Position numbers and translations under genes: made by a program. Shown piece by piece: positions 47,616 to 58,200 of a DNA stretch of 64,000 nucleotides. The notes beneath the pieces are model-generated. The model saw nothing but the letters and a program-made list of their open reading frames with translations, was not told the origin of the DNA and searched no databases. Position 1 is the first letter of the stretch, and every line of letters begins with the position of its first letter. The DNA is from Alphaproteobacteria bacterium (GTDB lineage Bacteria; Pseudomonadota; Alphaproteobacteria; MPNO01). The stretch lies in assembly GCA_965248835.1 (NCBI GenBank), contig CBDFLJ010000002.1, positions 2,542,848-2,606,847 of the forward strand. The letters run 5' to 3'.

Positions 47616-49016
47616 TCAGATGTCCGGGATTTCCAGGCCCGACAGCCGGACCTGCTCGCCCAGCGCCGCCTTGAGCCGTTCGAGACCGGCATGGTCATCG
47701 GCCTCGCAGCGCGCGACCAGCGCATCCTGGGTGTTGGATGCACGCAGCAGCCACCAGCCGTCGGCGGTGCGGACCCGGACGCCGTCGATGTCGTTCATGT
47801 CCGCCCCGGCGGACACGAGCCGGCCGCGCACCTCATCGATGACGTCGAACTTGCGCGTATCCTCGCAAGGGAAGCGCAGCTCCGGCGTGTTTATCGGCGA
47901 GGGCATCCGGTCGCGGATCTCGCTCAGCGTCTCGGTGCCGCGGGCGATGTGGTCGAGGATCCGGACGGCGGCGTAGAGGGCGTCGTCGTAGCCGTAATAG
48001 CGGTCGGCGATAAAGATATGACCGCTCATCTCGCCGGCCAGCAGGGCGCCGGTCTCGGCCATCTTGGCCTTGATCAGCGAATGGCCGGTCCGCCACATCA
48101 GCGGCCTGCCGCCGAGTCGCTCGATCTCGTCGAACAGGGCCTGGCTCGCCTTGACGTCGGCGATGATCTGGGCGCCGGGGTTGTCCGCCAGCACATCGCG
48201 CGCGAGCAGGACCAGAAGCTGGTCGCCCCACAGGATCCGCCCGGTGCCGTCGATGATCCCGATGCGGTCGCCGTCGCCGTCGAAGGCGATGCCGAGCTCG
48301 CAGGACCGCGATTTCACCGTCTCCTGGAGCTGGGACAGGTATTCCGGGATCGTCGGGTCGGGATGATGGGCAGGGAACGTCCCGTCTATGGTCTCGTTCA
48401 ACAGGATGTGCTCACCGGGCAGCCGAGCGCACATCATCGCCATCGCCTGGCCGGCCGAGCCGTTGCCGGCATCCCATGCGACCCTGAGCGGGCGGCCGCC
48501 GTCGAAGTCCTCGACCAGCCGGTCGACATAGGCTTCCAGCATCGGCCGGTCCTCGCGCGAGCCCTGGCCGGACGCAAACGCGCCCTGGGCGACCATCCGG
48601 CCGAGCGCCAGGATGTCCTCGCCGAAGAACGAGCCGTCACGGGTGGTGAGCTTGAATCCGTTATATTCCGGCGGGTTGTGCGAACCCGAGACCATGACCC
48701 CGGCATCGGCCGACAGCTTTTTGACTGCGAAGTAGAGCATCGGCGTCGGTCCGAGCCCGACGCGGATCACATGCATGCCGGCGCGCATCAACCCCTCGAC
48801 CAGCGCCGCCTCCAGGTCGGGCGAGGACAGCCTGCCGTCGAAGCCGACGCAGATCCGGCGCCCGCCGTGTCGGCCGATCCGGGTGCCGAAGGCCCGGCCG
48901 ATGGCGCGCGCGTCCTCGACCGACAGGGTCCGGCCGATCACGCCGCGGATGTCGTAGGTGCGCAGGATCGAGGGGTCCAACGGTTTCGCTTCGGGCGTGA
49001 TCGCGTCCATGATCAT
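47616..49016 (-). CDS. Phosphomannomutase/phosphoglucomutase
   Basis: 'YDIRG', 'SGSHNP', 'FDGDGDR', 'GEMSGH', 'RASNTQ'. ATGA overlap with ugd. Confidence 0.95.
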   Translation of the reverse strand: MIMDAITPEAKPLDPSILRTYDIRGVIGRTLSVEDARAIGRAFGTRIGRHGGRRICVGFDGRLSSPDLEAALVEGLMRAGMHVIRVGLGPTPMLYFAVKKLSADAGVMVSGSHNPPEYNGFKLTTRDGSFFGEDILALGRMVAQGAFASGQGSREDRPMLEAYVDRLVEDFDGGRPLRVAWDAGNGSAGQAMAMMCARLPGEHILLNETIDGTFPAHHPDPTIPEYLSQLQETVKSRSCELGIAFDGDGDRIGIIDGTGRILWGDQLLVLLARDVLADNPGAQIIADVKASQALFDEIERLGGRPLMWRTGHSLIKAKMAETGALLAGEMSGHIFIADRYYGYDDALYAAVRILDHIARGTETLSEIRDRMPSPINTPELRFPCEDTRKFDVIDEVRGRLVSAGADMNDIDGVRVRTADGWWLLRASNTQDALVARCEADDHAGLERLKAALGEQVRLSGLEIPDI

Positions 49017-50338
49017 GCGGCGCCTTCGATCACCGCGCGCCCGATGCTGTGATAGTCGAAGCCCGCCACCCGCATCTCCTCGACGCGGTAGATGTTGCGC
49101 ATGTCGACCATGACGGGGGACTTCAACAGGCTCTTCGCACGCTGCAGGTCGAGCGCGCGGAACTCGTTCCATTCGGTGATGATAGCCAGGCAGTCCGCCC
49201 CGTCCATCGCGCTGTAGGCATCATCGCACCAGTCGATGCCGTTGAACAGCAGCTTGGCCTCGTTCATGCCCTGCGGGTCGAACGCGCGCACCTTGGCGCC
49301 GCGCTCGGTCAGCCCGGGAAGGATGTCAAGGCTCGGGCTGTCGCGCATATCGTCGGTGTTGGGTTTGAAGGTCAGCCCGAGCACGGCGATGGTCTTGCCG
49401 TCGACCGAGCCGTCGCAGGCATCGACGATCTTTTCCACCATGCGCTGCTTGCGCGATTCGTTGACCTCAACCACCGTCTCGACGATCCGGACCGGCGCAC
49501 CGACCTGGCGCGCGGTCGAGACCAGAGCCAGCGTGTCCTTGGGGAAGCACGAGCCGCCGTAGCCCGGCCCGGCATGGAGGAACTTGCGGCCGATGCGCCC
49601 GTCCAGGCCGATGCCGTGGGCGACATCCTGAACATCGGCGCCGACCTTCTCGCACAGATCGGCGATTTCGTTGATGAAGGTGACCTTGGTCGCAAGAAAG
49701 CTGTTGGCGGCGTACTTGATCAGCTCGGCGGTCTCGAGCCCGGTGAAGATGATCGGCGTCTCGAGCAGATAGAGCGGCCGGTAGAGCGCGCGCAGGACGT
49801 CCGATGCGCGCTCGCCGTCGCTGCCGATGACCACCCGGTCGGGCCGCATGAAATCGTTGATCGCCGAGCCTTCGCGCAGGAACTCGGGGTTGGAGACGAC
49901 ATCGAAGGCCTCGGCCGGGCGGTGCTGTGCGACGATCCGCTGGACTTGGCGCCCGGTGCCGACCGGCGCGGTCGACTTGGTCACGATTACGGTGTAGCCG
50001 TTGTCCATCGCTCGGGCGATGTCTTCGGCCGCCTGGTAGACATAGCTGAGATCGGCATGCCCGTCGCCGCGCCGGCTGGGTGTGCCGACCGCGATGAACA
50101 CCGCATCGGAGCCGACGACCGCCTCCTCCAGGTCGGTGGTGAACGAAAGCCTGCCCGCGCTCATGTTCGATCCGACCAGCGCATTCAGCCCTGGCTCGTA
50201 GATCGGCATCTCGCCGCCCCGGAGCTGCTGGATCTTCGATTCGTCCTTGTCCACGCAGACGACCTCGACACCGAACTCCGAGAAGCACGTGCCGGAGACC
50301 AGTCCGACATATCCCACACCCACCATGCCTATGCGCAC
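49013..50338 (-). CDS. ugd: UDP-glucose 6-dehydrogenase
   Basis: 'GVGYVGL', 'SNPEFLREG', 'GYGGSCFPKD', 'FKPNTDDMR'. Confidence 0.95.
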   Translation of the reverse strand: MRIGMVGVGYVGLVSGTCFSEFGVEVVCVDKDESKIQQLRGGEMPIYEPGLNALVGSNMSAGRLSFTTDLEEAVVGSDAVFIAVGTPSRRGDGHADLSYVYQAAEDIARAMDNGYTVIVTKSTAPVGTGRQVQRIVAQHRPAEAFDVVSNPEFLREGSAINDFMRPDRVVIGSDGERASDVLRALYRPLYLLETPIIFTGLETAELIKYAANSFLATKVTFINEIADLCEKVGADVQDVAHGIGLDGRIGRKFLHAGPGYGGSCFPKDTLALVSTARQVGAPVRIVETVVEVNESRKQRMVEKIVDACDGSVDGKTIAVLGLTFKPNTDDMRDSPSLDILPGLTERGAKVRAFDPQGMNEAKLLFNGIDWCDDAYSAMDGADCLAIITEWNEFRALDLQRAKSLLKSPVMVDMRNIYRVEEMRVAGFDYHSIGRAVIEGAA

Positions 50339-50401
50339 GACCTGACCCCAGTCTCGGTTTCGCGGCTGCCGACGGTCCTGCCGTGCGGCGTCGAAGCCCG
50401 G

Positions 50402-51271
50402 TTAACGATAGTTCTCCAGCATTTCCCGTACGGCGCCCCCAAGGTCTTCTCGTGCAAGCGCGAACGCGAGGTTCGCCTCGAGAAATCCGATCTTGTCGCC
50501 GCAATCATAGCGCCGGCCGCTGAAGCGGAAGCCGTGAAAAGGCGAGGTGCCGAGCAGCCGCGCCATCGCGTCGGTAAGCTGGATCTCGCCGCCGGCGCCG
50601 CGCTCGCCGCGCTCGAGCTCCTCGAAGATCTCGGGCAGCAGGATATAGCGCCCGATGATGCTGAGCGTCGAGGGCGCGTCTTCGGGCGCCGGCTTCTCGA
50701 CCAGCCCGGTGACTTCGGCAAGCCGGCCGTCGTCGCTGCCGACCTCGAGGATGCCGTATCGGCCGGTGTGCTCGCGCGGAACGTCCATGACCGCGACCAC
50801 GTTGCCGCCGGTGCTCTTGTGCACCTCGACCATCTGTTTCAGGCAGGGGACATCGGCCAGCACCAGGTCATCGGGCAGGATCACCGCGAACGGCTCGTTG
50901 CCGACGATCTCGCGCGCGCACCAGACGGCGTGACCCAGCCCCATGGGCTCCTGCTGACGGGTGTAGACGAGCTTTCCGGGGGCGAGCACCGGCGCGTTGA
51001 CCTGATCCAACGCGGCCGCCTTGCCGCGGCCGCCCAGCACCGTCTCGAGCTCGAAGGCGTGATCGAAATGATCCTCTATCGCGGCCTTGCCACGGCCGGT
51101 GACCAGGACGACGGTCTCGATCCCGGCGGCGAGCGCCTCTTCAACCGCGTACTGGATGAGCGGCTTGTCGACGACCGGCAGCATTTCCTTGGGCACCGTT
51201 TTGGTCGCCGGCAGGAAGCGGGTGCCCAACCCTCCGACCGGCAGCACCGCGGTGCGCAGGCGTCGCGACAC
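50402..51271 (-). CDS. galU: UTP--glucose-1-phosphate uridylyltransferase
   Basis: 'GLGTRFLPATK.VPKEMLP', 'GLGHAVWCA', 'VEKP', 'GEIQLTDA'. Confidence 0.96.
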   Translation of the reverse strand: MSRRLRTAVLPVGGLGTRFLPATKTVPKEMLPVVDKPLIQYAVEEALAAGIETVVLVTGRGKAAIEDHFDHAFELETVLGGRGKAAALDQVNAPVLAPGKLVYTRQQEPMGLGHAVWCAREIVGNEPFAVILPDDLVLADVPCLKQMVEVHKSTGGNVVAVMDVPREHTGRYGILEVGSDDGRLAEVTGLVEKPAPEDAPSTLSIIGRYILLPEIFEELERGERGAGGEIQLTDAMARLLGTSPFHGFRFSGRRYDCGDKIGFLEANLAFALAREDLGGAVREMLENYR

Positions 51272-51405
51272 TGATTGGCCCTCCGTTGCGGAACCGGACG
51301 GCGCGCGCGGAATTGCCGCCCGAACGGGACTGTCCTCAGGCGATGAGGCCTAAGAATTCGCCGGCTGTTGTGCCATACCTGGAACCGGACCTGCAATCGC
51401 GACCG

Positions 51406-52158
51406 TCATCCGCCGAGCAACAGGTCCTTGGCCTGGTTGATCTTGGCCGCCAGATAGGTCGAGCCGCCGTGATCGGGGTGGATCTTGAGCATCAGCCGGC
51501 GGTGGGCGTCGCGCACCTCGTCAGGGCCTGCGCCCGGGCCGAGCCCAAGGATCTCGTAGGCCTCCTCGGTGGTCATCGCCTGCGGCCCGGGCCCGCGACC
51601 CCATGAGCCCCCTTGCGAGCCGCCGTGCCCTCCCGACCCGGCCTGGTCTTGGGCGCGGCCGTCATCCTCGCCGCCGCGCCAGGCCGCGCCGTGGACCCGG
51701 TCGAGATAGCTTTCGAGCACGGTGGCCGATTGGTCGTCGTTGATCCGGCATTCCTGGAGCAGCGCCATCAGCTCCTCCAGGCTCAACTCGTCCAGATGCC
51801 GGCCGCGAAACGCGCCTTGCAGGACGGTGCCGTGCAGCGTTCCCGCATCGTGGTTCAGCCGCATGCGCAGATACGCCGTTTCGACATCCGAGGATTGGCC
51901 CGGCGAGGGACCGCGGAAGCTCTTTGCGAGCCGGCCGATCTGCCGCGCCCGCAGAATGACCGGGATCAGCCCGGCGGCGATCATCGCCGCGATGCCGATC
52001 CGGCCGGTCACCGTCAGATAGCCCGCAATCGCAACCGCCAGGATTGCCACGGTCCATTTCAGAGTCTTGAGCAGGACCTTCGGGTCGGTTCCCGAGATGC
52101 CGCGCGCCAGGAGCAGCAATCCGACAACCAGCGCAACGCCCAGGATCAGGTAAGGCAT
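51406..52158 (-). CDS. Membrane-anchored protein with C-terminal J-domain (Pam18/Tim14-like)
   Basis: N-terminal TM segments; 'EAYEILGL...[29 protein letters not shown]'. Confidence 0.88.
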   Translation of the reverse strand: MPYLILGVALVVGLLLLARGISGTDPKVLLKTLKWTVAILAVAIAGYLTVTGRIGIAAMIAAGLIPVILRARQIGRLAKSFRGPSPGQSSDVETAYLRMRLNHDAGTLHGTVLQGAFRGRHLDELSLEELMALLQECRINDDQSATVLESYLDRVHGAAWRGGEDDGRAQDQAGSGGHGGSQGGSWGRGPGPQAMTTEEAYEILGLGPGAGPDEVRDAHRRLMLKIHPDHGGSTYLAAKINQAKDLLLGG

Positions 52159-52177
52159 GGCGCGCGCGTTTCCGTGG

Positions 52178-52897
52178 TCATCCGATCTGCTTGGTGATCT
52201 GGAGCGCGGCCCCACCGGTCCGCCTGCCGTAATCGGCCAGCGCCAGCCGTCCGCCCGCGGCGAAGACCGCCACTGCGCTCAGCAGCTCGCGCAACTGGCG
52301 CGCCGAGGCCGAATCGAAGCTGCAATAGGCGCCGCCCGACAGCTTGGCGATCTGCCGGAAGGCACGCATCGCGATCTGCTCGCCACCCTCCTGGAAGACG
52401 AACGCCGGCACGCCCTGGACGCCGAGATGACCGGCATGGTGGCACAGCCCGTCGACCTCCTCCTCCATGCAGTCGCCGACATAGACCAGGGCGTTGACCT
52501 TACTCCGCTCGTTTTCCTTCAGCGCGTGCTTGAGCACCTTCTCGATCTGGGTCTGGCCGCCGCGGCAGCCGACCGCGGTCATCCGGCGGACGAGCTCGCC
52601 GGAGGATTGCACCCAGGGGCTCGCCTTGCACTCGCCGAACCCCCGGAAGAACACGAGCTGAACCTCCAGCCCGCCCAACCCCTCGGTGGCGTTGAACATC
52701 TCGGCCTGGAGATGGCACGCCCTGTCCCAGGTCGGCTCGCGGCTCGCGGTGGCATCCATCGCGAAGATCAGCCGGCCCCGCGTGCCGGGCGATTTCAGGT
52801 TCGGCGTTCGTGCGACCTTGGCCAGGAAATCGGCGACGTCCCCGCTCGCGGATTTCGCTGCCGACCGTCCGGGCCTAGGGGTCACTTGCTTGGACAT
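52178..52897 (-). CDS. VWA domain protein
   Basis: MIDAS-like '[10 protein letters not shown]', 'GGQTQI', 'YVGDCMEE'. Confidence 0.85.
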   Translation of the reverse strand: MSKQVTPRPGRSAAKSASGDVADFLAKVARTPNLKSPGTRGRLIFAMDATASREPTWDRACHLQAEMFNATEGLGGLEVQLVFFRGFGECKASPWVQSSGELVRRMTAVGCRGGQTQIEKVLKHALKENERSKVNALVYVGDCMEEEVDGLCHHAGHLGVQGVPAFVFQEGGEQIAMRAFRQIAKLSGGAYCSFDSASARQLRELLSAVAVFAAGGRLALADYGRRTGGAALQITKQIG

Positions 52898-52989
52898 CGT
52901 TCACGCTCGCCTTTGAGGCTTGAGATAATGCCTCCGCCCGTCTCTTTCCAGACCCGCAGCCCCGATCATGAAGTCCGCTCTCCCCCGTC

Positions 52990-55083
52990 TCAGGCCGGCT
53001 CCATCCATATCGCGGTGTCGTGGAAGACGGCGCCGCCCAGCGGCGGCCCCGGATCGGCGCTGACCAGAAGATTGATCCCGATCCCTTCCGGGAAGTCGGA
53101 CCCGGGCCAGATCCCCTCGACGACGACCACGCCCCGTTGCAGGCCGTCGAACGGCTCGGCGTGGACGGTGACCGCCCCGCGGTCGTTGCCGAGCCGCACC
53201 CGATCGCCGGCGCTCAGGCCCAGATCGGCGCAATCGGCGGGATGGATCATCGCCGTCGGCTTGCCCTCTCGGGCGCGCGAGCCGGGCGTCTCCGAAAAGC
53301 TCGAATTGAGGAACTGCCGGGAAGGCGCGGTCACCAGCCGGAACGGCCTGGCTTCGTCCGCCTCGTCGATGATCTCCAGATGATCGGGCAGGTCGGGCAT
53401 CACCGCGTGCATCGGCCCGAGCGATTGCCAGTCCGGCGCGAAGCGGAACCTTCCGCCTGGCTGGGGAAAGCCTTCCAGGAAATGGGCGGTCTCGAACGGC
53501 GGAGCGCAATCGATCCAGCGGCGCTCGGCCAGATCGTCGGCGCCGCAATAGCCCGAGGCGCGGAGCGTGCGGTCGATCACCTCCCAGGCGGAGATCTCGA
53601 AACCCTCGTGGCGGGCGCCCAGTCGCGCGGCGAGATCGGCCAAGACATCGTGGTTCGACCGCGCCTCGCCGTGCGGGGTTATCGCGTGCGGGCCGATCTG
53701 CAGGTGGGTATGGCCAAGCGCGAGGTAGAGGTCGTCGTGCTCCAGGAAGGTCGTCGCCGGCAGCACGATATCGGCCATCCGCGCGGTCTCGGTCAGGAAC
53801 TGCTCGTGGACGCACACGAACAGGTCTTCACGCGCGAAGCCGCGGCGCACCAACCCGAGATCGGGCGCCACCGACATCGGATTGGTGTTCTGGATCAGCA
53901 TCGCGGTGACCGGCGGCCCGTCGCCGATATCCCGGCGCTCGCCGGTCAGCACCGGGCCGATGCGCGACATGTCGAGGACCCTGGTGGCGCGGTCCGGGAT
54001 GTCGAGCCCTTCGATCAGCGTCATGTCGATCCGGAACAGCTCGGAGTTGGAATAGAACGCGCCGCCGCCGCGGTGCGCCCAGGCGCCGGTCACCGCAGGC
54101 AGGCAGGTCACCGCGTGAAAGGCCGCCGCCCCGTTGCGCGAGCGCGAAAATCCGTAGCCGCAGCGGATCATCGCCTTCCCGGTGGTGCCGTAGAGCTTTG
54201 CGAAATCCTCGATCTCGGCCGGTGTGAGCCCGGTGATGCGGGCCGCCCAATCCGGCGTGCGCGCGGCCAGATGCGCCTCCAGCCGGTCGGGCGCGTCGGT
54301 ATAGCGCGCCATATAGGCGCGGTCGGCCAGCCCGTCGCGGAACAGGACATGCATCACCGCGCAGGCGAGCGCCCCGTCGGTGCCCGGGCGCGGCGCGAGA
54401 TGGATATCGGCGGTCTTCGCCGTCGCGGTACGGTAGGGATCGACGACCACCAGCTTCGCCCCGCGCGCCTTGCGGGCCACCGTTATGTGATGCATCAGGT
54501 TGACCTGGGTGTGCACGGGGTTCGATCCCCAGATCACGATCAGGTCGCTTTCGGCGATCTCGCACGCATCGGGTCCGTACTTGGCGCCGACGCCGGCGCG
54601 CCAGCCCGCGTCGGTCAGCGAGGAGCAGATGGTCTTGAGCTGGCGCGAATAGCGCTTGGCGTGGCGCAGCCGGTTGATCCCGTCGCGTTGGACCAGCCCC
54701 ATCGTGCCGGCGTAGTAGTAGGGCCAGACCGCCTCGCTGCCGTGCTTGGCCTCGGCGGCAAGCAAGGCCTCGGCCACGCGATCGAGCGCCTCGTCCCAGC
54801 CGATCTCGACAAACTGGCCGGAGCCTTTGGACCCCGTCCGGCGCAGCGGTCGGGTCAGGCGATCGGGGTGATGAACCCGTTCGGCGTAGCGCGCGACCTT
54901 GGCGCAGACCACGCCCGCGGTATAGCGGTTGCCTTCCGCGCCGCGCACCACGCCGATCCGATCGGGCGCCAGCCGCTCGATGTCCAGCGCGCACGCGCTC
55001 GGGCAATCATGCGGGCAAACCGAATAGGCGACGTCCAGGGGCACGACTGCAGGCTCATCCTTTTGAAAAACGGGCCATTTCAC
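52990..55083 (-). CDS. Molybdopterin (bis-PGD) oxidoreductase, DMSO reductase family, cytoplasmic
   Basis: 4Fe-4S motif 'CPHDCPSAC...CAK', 'WDEALD', 'WGSNP', 'ADIVLPATTFLE', 'FLNSSF'; no Tat signal. Confidence 0.92.
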   Translation of the reverse strand: MKWPVFQKDEPAVVPLDVAYSVCPHDCPSACALDIERLAPDRIGVVRGAEGNRYTAGVVCAKVARYAERVHHPDRLTRPLRRTGSKGSGQFVEIGWDEALDRVAEALLAAEAKHGSEAVWPYYYAGTMGLVQRDGINRLRHAKRYSRQLKTICSSLTDAGWRAGVGAKYGPDACEIAESDLIVIWGSNPVHTQVNLMHHITVARKARGAKLVVVDPYRTATAKTADIHLAPRPGTDGALACAVMHVLFRDGLADRAYMARYTDAPDRLEAHLAARTPDWAARITGLTPAEIEDFAKLYGTTGKAMIRCGYGFSRSRNGAAAFHAVTCLPAVTGAWAHRGGGAFYSNSELFRIDMTLIEGLDIPDRATRVLDMSRIGPVLTGERRDIGDGPPVTAMLIQNTNPMSVAPDLGLVRRGFAREDLFVCVHEQFLTETARMADIVLPATTFLEHDDLYLALGHTHLQIGPHAITPHGEARSNHDVLADLAARLGARHEGFEISAWEVIDRTLRASGYCGADDLAERRWIDCAPPFETAHFLEGFPQPGGRFRFAPDWQSLGPMHAVMPDLPDHLEIIDEADEARPFRLVTAPSRQFLNSSFSETPGSRAREGKPTAMIHPADCADLGLSAGDRVRLGNDRGAVTVHAEPFDGLQRGVVVVEGIWPGSDFPEGIGINLLVSADPGPPLGGAVFHDTAIWMEPA

Positions 55084-55092
55084 CTGCCGGCG

Positions 55093-55121
55093 AGTATAGA
55101 GCGGACGGCGCCGCCGGACAA
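55093..55121 (-). promoter_or_regulatory. Putative sigma70 promoter
   Basis: Minus strand TTGTCC-N17-TATACT ending 9 bp before the GTG at 55083. Confidence 0.55.
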
Positions 55122-55160
55122 TCTCTTCTCCCTGTCATCAGGAGCGCCGGTGCGGGCCGT

Positions 55161-56165
55161 TCAATTCTTGTGGATCTTGCCGTGCGGGACGAAGGCGTGG
55201 AAGACGAAGGCGAAGGTCAGATCGTGGACCGCGTCGACCCATTTGCCGTCCTTGCGCCGCTGGACGACCAGATTGCCGATGTCGCGGCCCTCGGCAATGG
55301 TGCCGTGATCGAGCGCGGAGTTCCGGCCGGTCGTCCAGCTCAGGCGCAGATCGCCCGCGTTCAGGCCGCCGCGCTGCCTGATCAGGTCCAGCGGCCAGGC
55401 CTCGGCGCCCACCTTGACCACGTAGGCCATCGGCGCGATGCCTTCGGGATAGCCGCCGCGGTAGAGGAACGGCCGCGCGGCGGTGTCGTAGCGCTGATAG
55501 GGGTTGGTCCCGTAAGGGCGGAAGCGCGCGTTGTCGGGGACCAGGATGCGGCCGCCGCGGTGGCGCTTCCCGAACAGCGCAAAGGACTCGACCCGGGCGG
55601 GCAGCATCTCGAGCACCTTGCCGTTCATCTCGCCGACGATGCCGGTCCCGGTGAACTGTTGCCACCAGCTCTCGGTCTGACGGTCGTACATCACCAGATC
55701 GCTGTTGCGCAGCTTACCGGTGGTGCCGAAGTCGAGCACGCGGCCGTCCACTCGCCGGTCGAAGACGATGGCCGAGTTGCACAGCGGGCAATAGGTCACC
55801 GACACCGGCACGCCGCCGACGGTGTCGTTGACGATCTCGTGCCAGATCAGGATACGCAGCGGGTAGGCGCGGGCATCGCCATGGAGGCTCAGGCTGACCA
55901 CCGGCTCGGTCGCGGCCAGATTGTCCACATCCGCGATTGCGGCGAATTTGGGGTCGTCGATCGCGGGGATACCGTCCTTGGGCGGTCCGCCGGACATGAT
56001 ATCGGAGAATGCCACCGAGTGCCTGGAGAAGTCGGTGTTCGGCCAGGCGTGTCTCCAAACGTCCGGGTTGGCGGCCGCGGTGCCCATCCACAGGGCGAGC
56101 GCGAACGATGCGGCCATCGTCCGGCCGAGGGCCTCGGCGGGGCGCAAACGTCCGTGGGCTGCCAT
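55161..56165 (-). CDS. DUF3179 family exported protein
   Basis: 'SGGPPKDGIPAID.P', 'RAYPLRILIWHEIVND', 'TYCPLCNS', 'MYDRQTESWWQQ'. Confidence 0.88.
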   Translation of the reverse strand: MAAHGRLRPAEALGRTMAASFALALWMGTAAANPDVWRHAWPNTDFSRHSVAFSDIMSGGPPKDGIPAIDDPKFAAIADVDNLAATEPVVSLSLHGDARAYPLRILIWHEIVNDTVGGVPVSVTYCPLCNSAIVFDRRVDGRVLDFGTTGKLRNSDLVMYDRQTESWWQQFTGTGIVGEMNGKVLEMLPARVESFALFGKRHRGGRILVPDNARFRPYGTNPYQRYDTAARPFLYRGGYPEGIAPMAYVVKVGAEAWPLDLIRQRGGLNAGDLRLSWTTGRNSALDHGTIAEGRDIGNLVVQRRKDGKWVDAVHDLTFAFVFHAFVPHGKIHKN

Positions 56166-56272
56166 GGGATGATCCTCCCGGTCGGGTGGCTTGAGGATAA
56201 CGGACCGCCGTACCGGCGGCTGCAAGGAAGTTTTGCTCACTTTCGGGTGATCGGTTCCCTACAATCCCTGCC

Positions 56273-57220
56273 GTGTCACCGACCAGCCTTCTGCGGCGCA
56301 TCGAGGCCGCCGTCCCGCCGCGCCCGCTCGCCTATATGCTGTGCACGGTGACGGCGCTGTGCTGGGCCGGGACGATCGTCGTCGGCCGCGCGGCGACGCC
56401 GGAGGCACCGCCGATGGCGCTCAATTTCTGGCGCTGGGTGATCGCGTTCCTGGCGATCGTGCCGTTTACCGGCCCGGCGCTGATTGCCAAGCGCCGGGTG
56501 CTGATCGCTCATTGGCGGATCCTCACGCGGCTGGGCGTGCTCAACATGACGGCTTTCGGCGCGCTCTTGTTCCTCGGCATCGAGAACACCCAGGCAATCA
56601 ACGGCTCGATCCTGCTGGCGACGATGACGATCAACATCGTCCTGGTCTCGTGGCTGTTCCTCGGCATCCGCGTTTCGGGCCTCCAGGTGATCGGCGTGGC
56701 GTTCGGCTTCATCGGCATCGTCCTGATGGTCGTGCGCGGCGATCTCGGCGCACTCTTGACCCTTCGGATCAACATCGGCGATCCGCTGATATGGGCGGGC
56801 ACGCTCGCCTACGCTTTCTATTCGACGGGCGTTGCCCGCGCGCCCAGGGCGTTGACGCCGAGCGAGCTGATGACGGCGCTGTGCCTGGTCGGCGCGCTCA
56901 CCTGCCTGCCGCTGGTCGCTGTCGAATGGGCGGTGTTCGCCCGGCCGATGATATGGACCGTCGATTCGACGCTCGCGGTCCTGTTCCTCGGCCTGTTCCC
57001 CTCGGCGCTGGCCCAGACGCTGTGGGTCGCCGGCATCAACCGGATCGGTGCGACGACGGCGGGCTATTTCTTCTACACCGTGCCGGTGTTCGGTGCGCTG
57101 ATGGCGATCGGGTTCCTCGGCGAGGCGCTGCGCTGGTATCACATCGCCGGCATCGCGCTGGTCTTCGTCGGCGTCTACGCCGCGACCGCGCGGGCTTCGC
57201 GCACGGATCAGACGGGCTGA
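56273..57220 (+). CDS. DMT (EamA) family transporter
   Basis: About 10 TM helices; 'PPMALNFWRW', 'NIGDPL', 'PVFGALMA..FLGE'. Confidence 0.88.
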   Translation: MSPTSLLRRIEAAVPPRPLAYMLCTVTALCWAGTIVVGRAATPEAPPMALNFWRWVIAFLAIVPFTGPALIAKRRVLIAHWRILTRLGVLNMTAFGALLFLGIENTQAINGSILLATMTINIVLVSWLFLGIRVSGLQVIGVAFGFIGIVLMVVRGDLGALLTLRINIGDPLIWAGTLAYAFYSTGVARAPRALTPSELMTALCLVGALTCLPLVAVEWAVFARPMIWTVDSTLAVLFLGLFPSALAQTLWVAGINRIGATTAGYFFYTVPVFGALMAIGFLGEALRWYHIAGIALVFVGVYAATARASRTDQTG

Positions 57221-58188
57221 GGCGCCCGGGTCTGCGCCGAGGTGACGATGGCTTCCAGCACGGCAACCGCGTGCACGATGTCGGCCGGCGGGATCGGGAA
57301 GGCCGGCCCGCCCTCGGCGGCGTGGGCGAACGCCTCCAGGCAGTCCCGCACCGTCTGGTAGCCGGGATAGTCGTAGCCGTCCCAGGTCCGGTGGTCACGG
57401 GTCCCGTCGGTGAACACGGCTTCGAACCGGTCGAGGAAGCCGATCTCGGCCCACCCGTAGGTGCCGATCACCCGGAGCTGGTAGAGCTGCGCGCTGGCCG
57501 CCACGGTGCCGAGATAGCCGGTGCAGCCGTTTTCGAAGTCAAGCAGGACAGAGGTCGAGTCATCGACCGCGAACGGCAGCGCCAGACGCTTGCTTTTCGC
57601 GCTCACCGCGCTCATGCGGCCGATCAGGTCGATGAACGCATCGACAACGTGGATGCCGAGCGAGGTCATGCCGCCGGCCGGGCTCTCCCTGGCATCGCTG
57701 CGCCAGGTCCCGCCGGCGCCCGTCAGGTTGGCGGTGAAATTGCCCTCGATGTGGAGCGGCGTGCCCAGCCGGCCGGCCTTGACCGTCTCGCGCAACGCGA
57801 CCGTGTTGGGGGAGAAGCGCCGGTTGTGGCCGATCGCCAGCCTCACGCCCGCCGCCTCGGTCGCCGCAATCGCCCGGCGCGCCTGTGCCGCGGTCAAGGC
57901 CAGGGGCTTCTCGCAGAAGACGTGCTTGCCGGCCGCGGCAGCCGCGCAGATCTGATCGCAGTGCAGCGTGTGGGGCGTTGCCAGCACCACCGCGTCGATC
58001 GCGGGATCGGCCAGCATCGCCGCATAGTCCTCACCCAGCGCGATCCCCTTGGCCGCGGCGTAGTCCGCCGCATTGGCAACCGTGCGGGTCACCCCCCGGG
58101 TGAACCGGATGGCATCGCTGGTGCCGTGAACGGAATCGACCAGGGTCTGGCCCCAGCGGCCGAGTCCGACGATGGCTGCGTTGATCAT
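57208..58188 (-). CDS. Gfo/Idh/MocA family oxidoreductase
   Basis: 'IVGLGRWG', 'LATPHTLH', 'HVFCEKPLA', 'GHNRRF'. Confidence 0.9.
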   Translation of the reverse strand: MINAAIVGLGRWGQTLVDSVHGTSDAIRFTRGVTRTVANAADYAAAKGIALGEDYAAMLADPAIDAVVLATPHTLHCDQICAAAAAGKHVFCEKPLALTAAQARRAIAATEAAGVRLAIGHNRRFSPNTVALRETVKAGRLGTPLHIEGNFTANLTGAGGTWRSDARESPAGGMTSLGIHVVDAFIDLIGRMSAVSAKSKRLALPFAVDDSTSVLLDFENGCTGYLGTVAASAQLYQLRVIGTYGWAEIGFLDRFEAVFTDGTRDHRTWDGYDYPGYQTVRDCLEAFAHAAEGGPAFPIPPADIVHAVAVLEAIVTSAQTRAPQPV

Positions 58189-58200
58189 CGGGTCCGAGGC

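Noticed and set aside
55780-55800. DUF3179 as a selenoprotein
   Set aside because: The motif is encoded as CPLC with ordinary Cys codons, and the ORF has no internal TGA.
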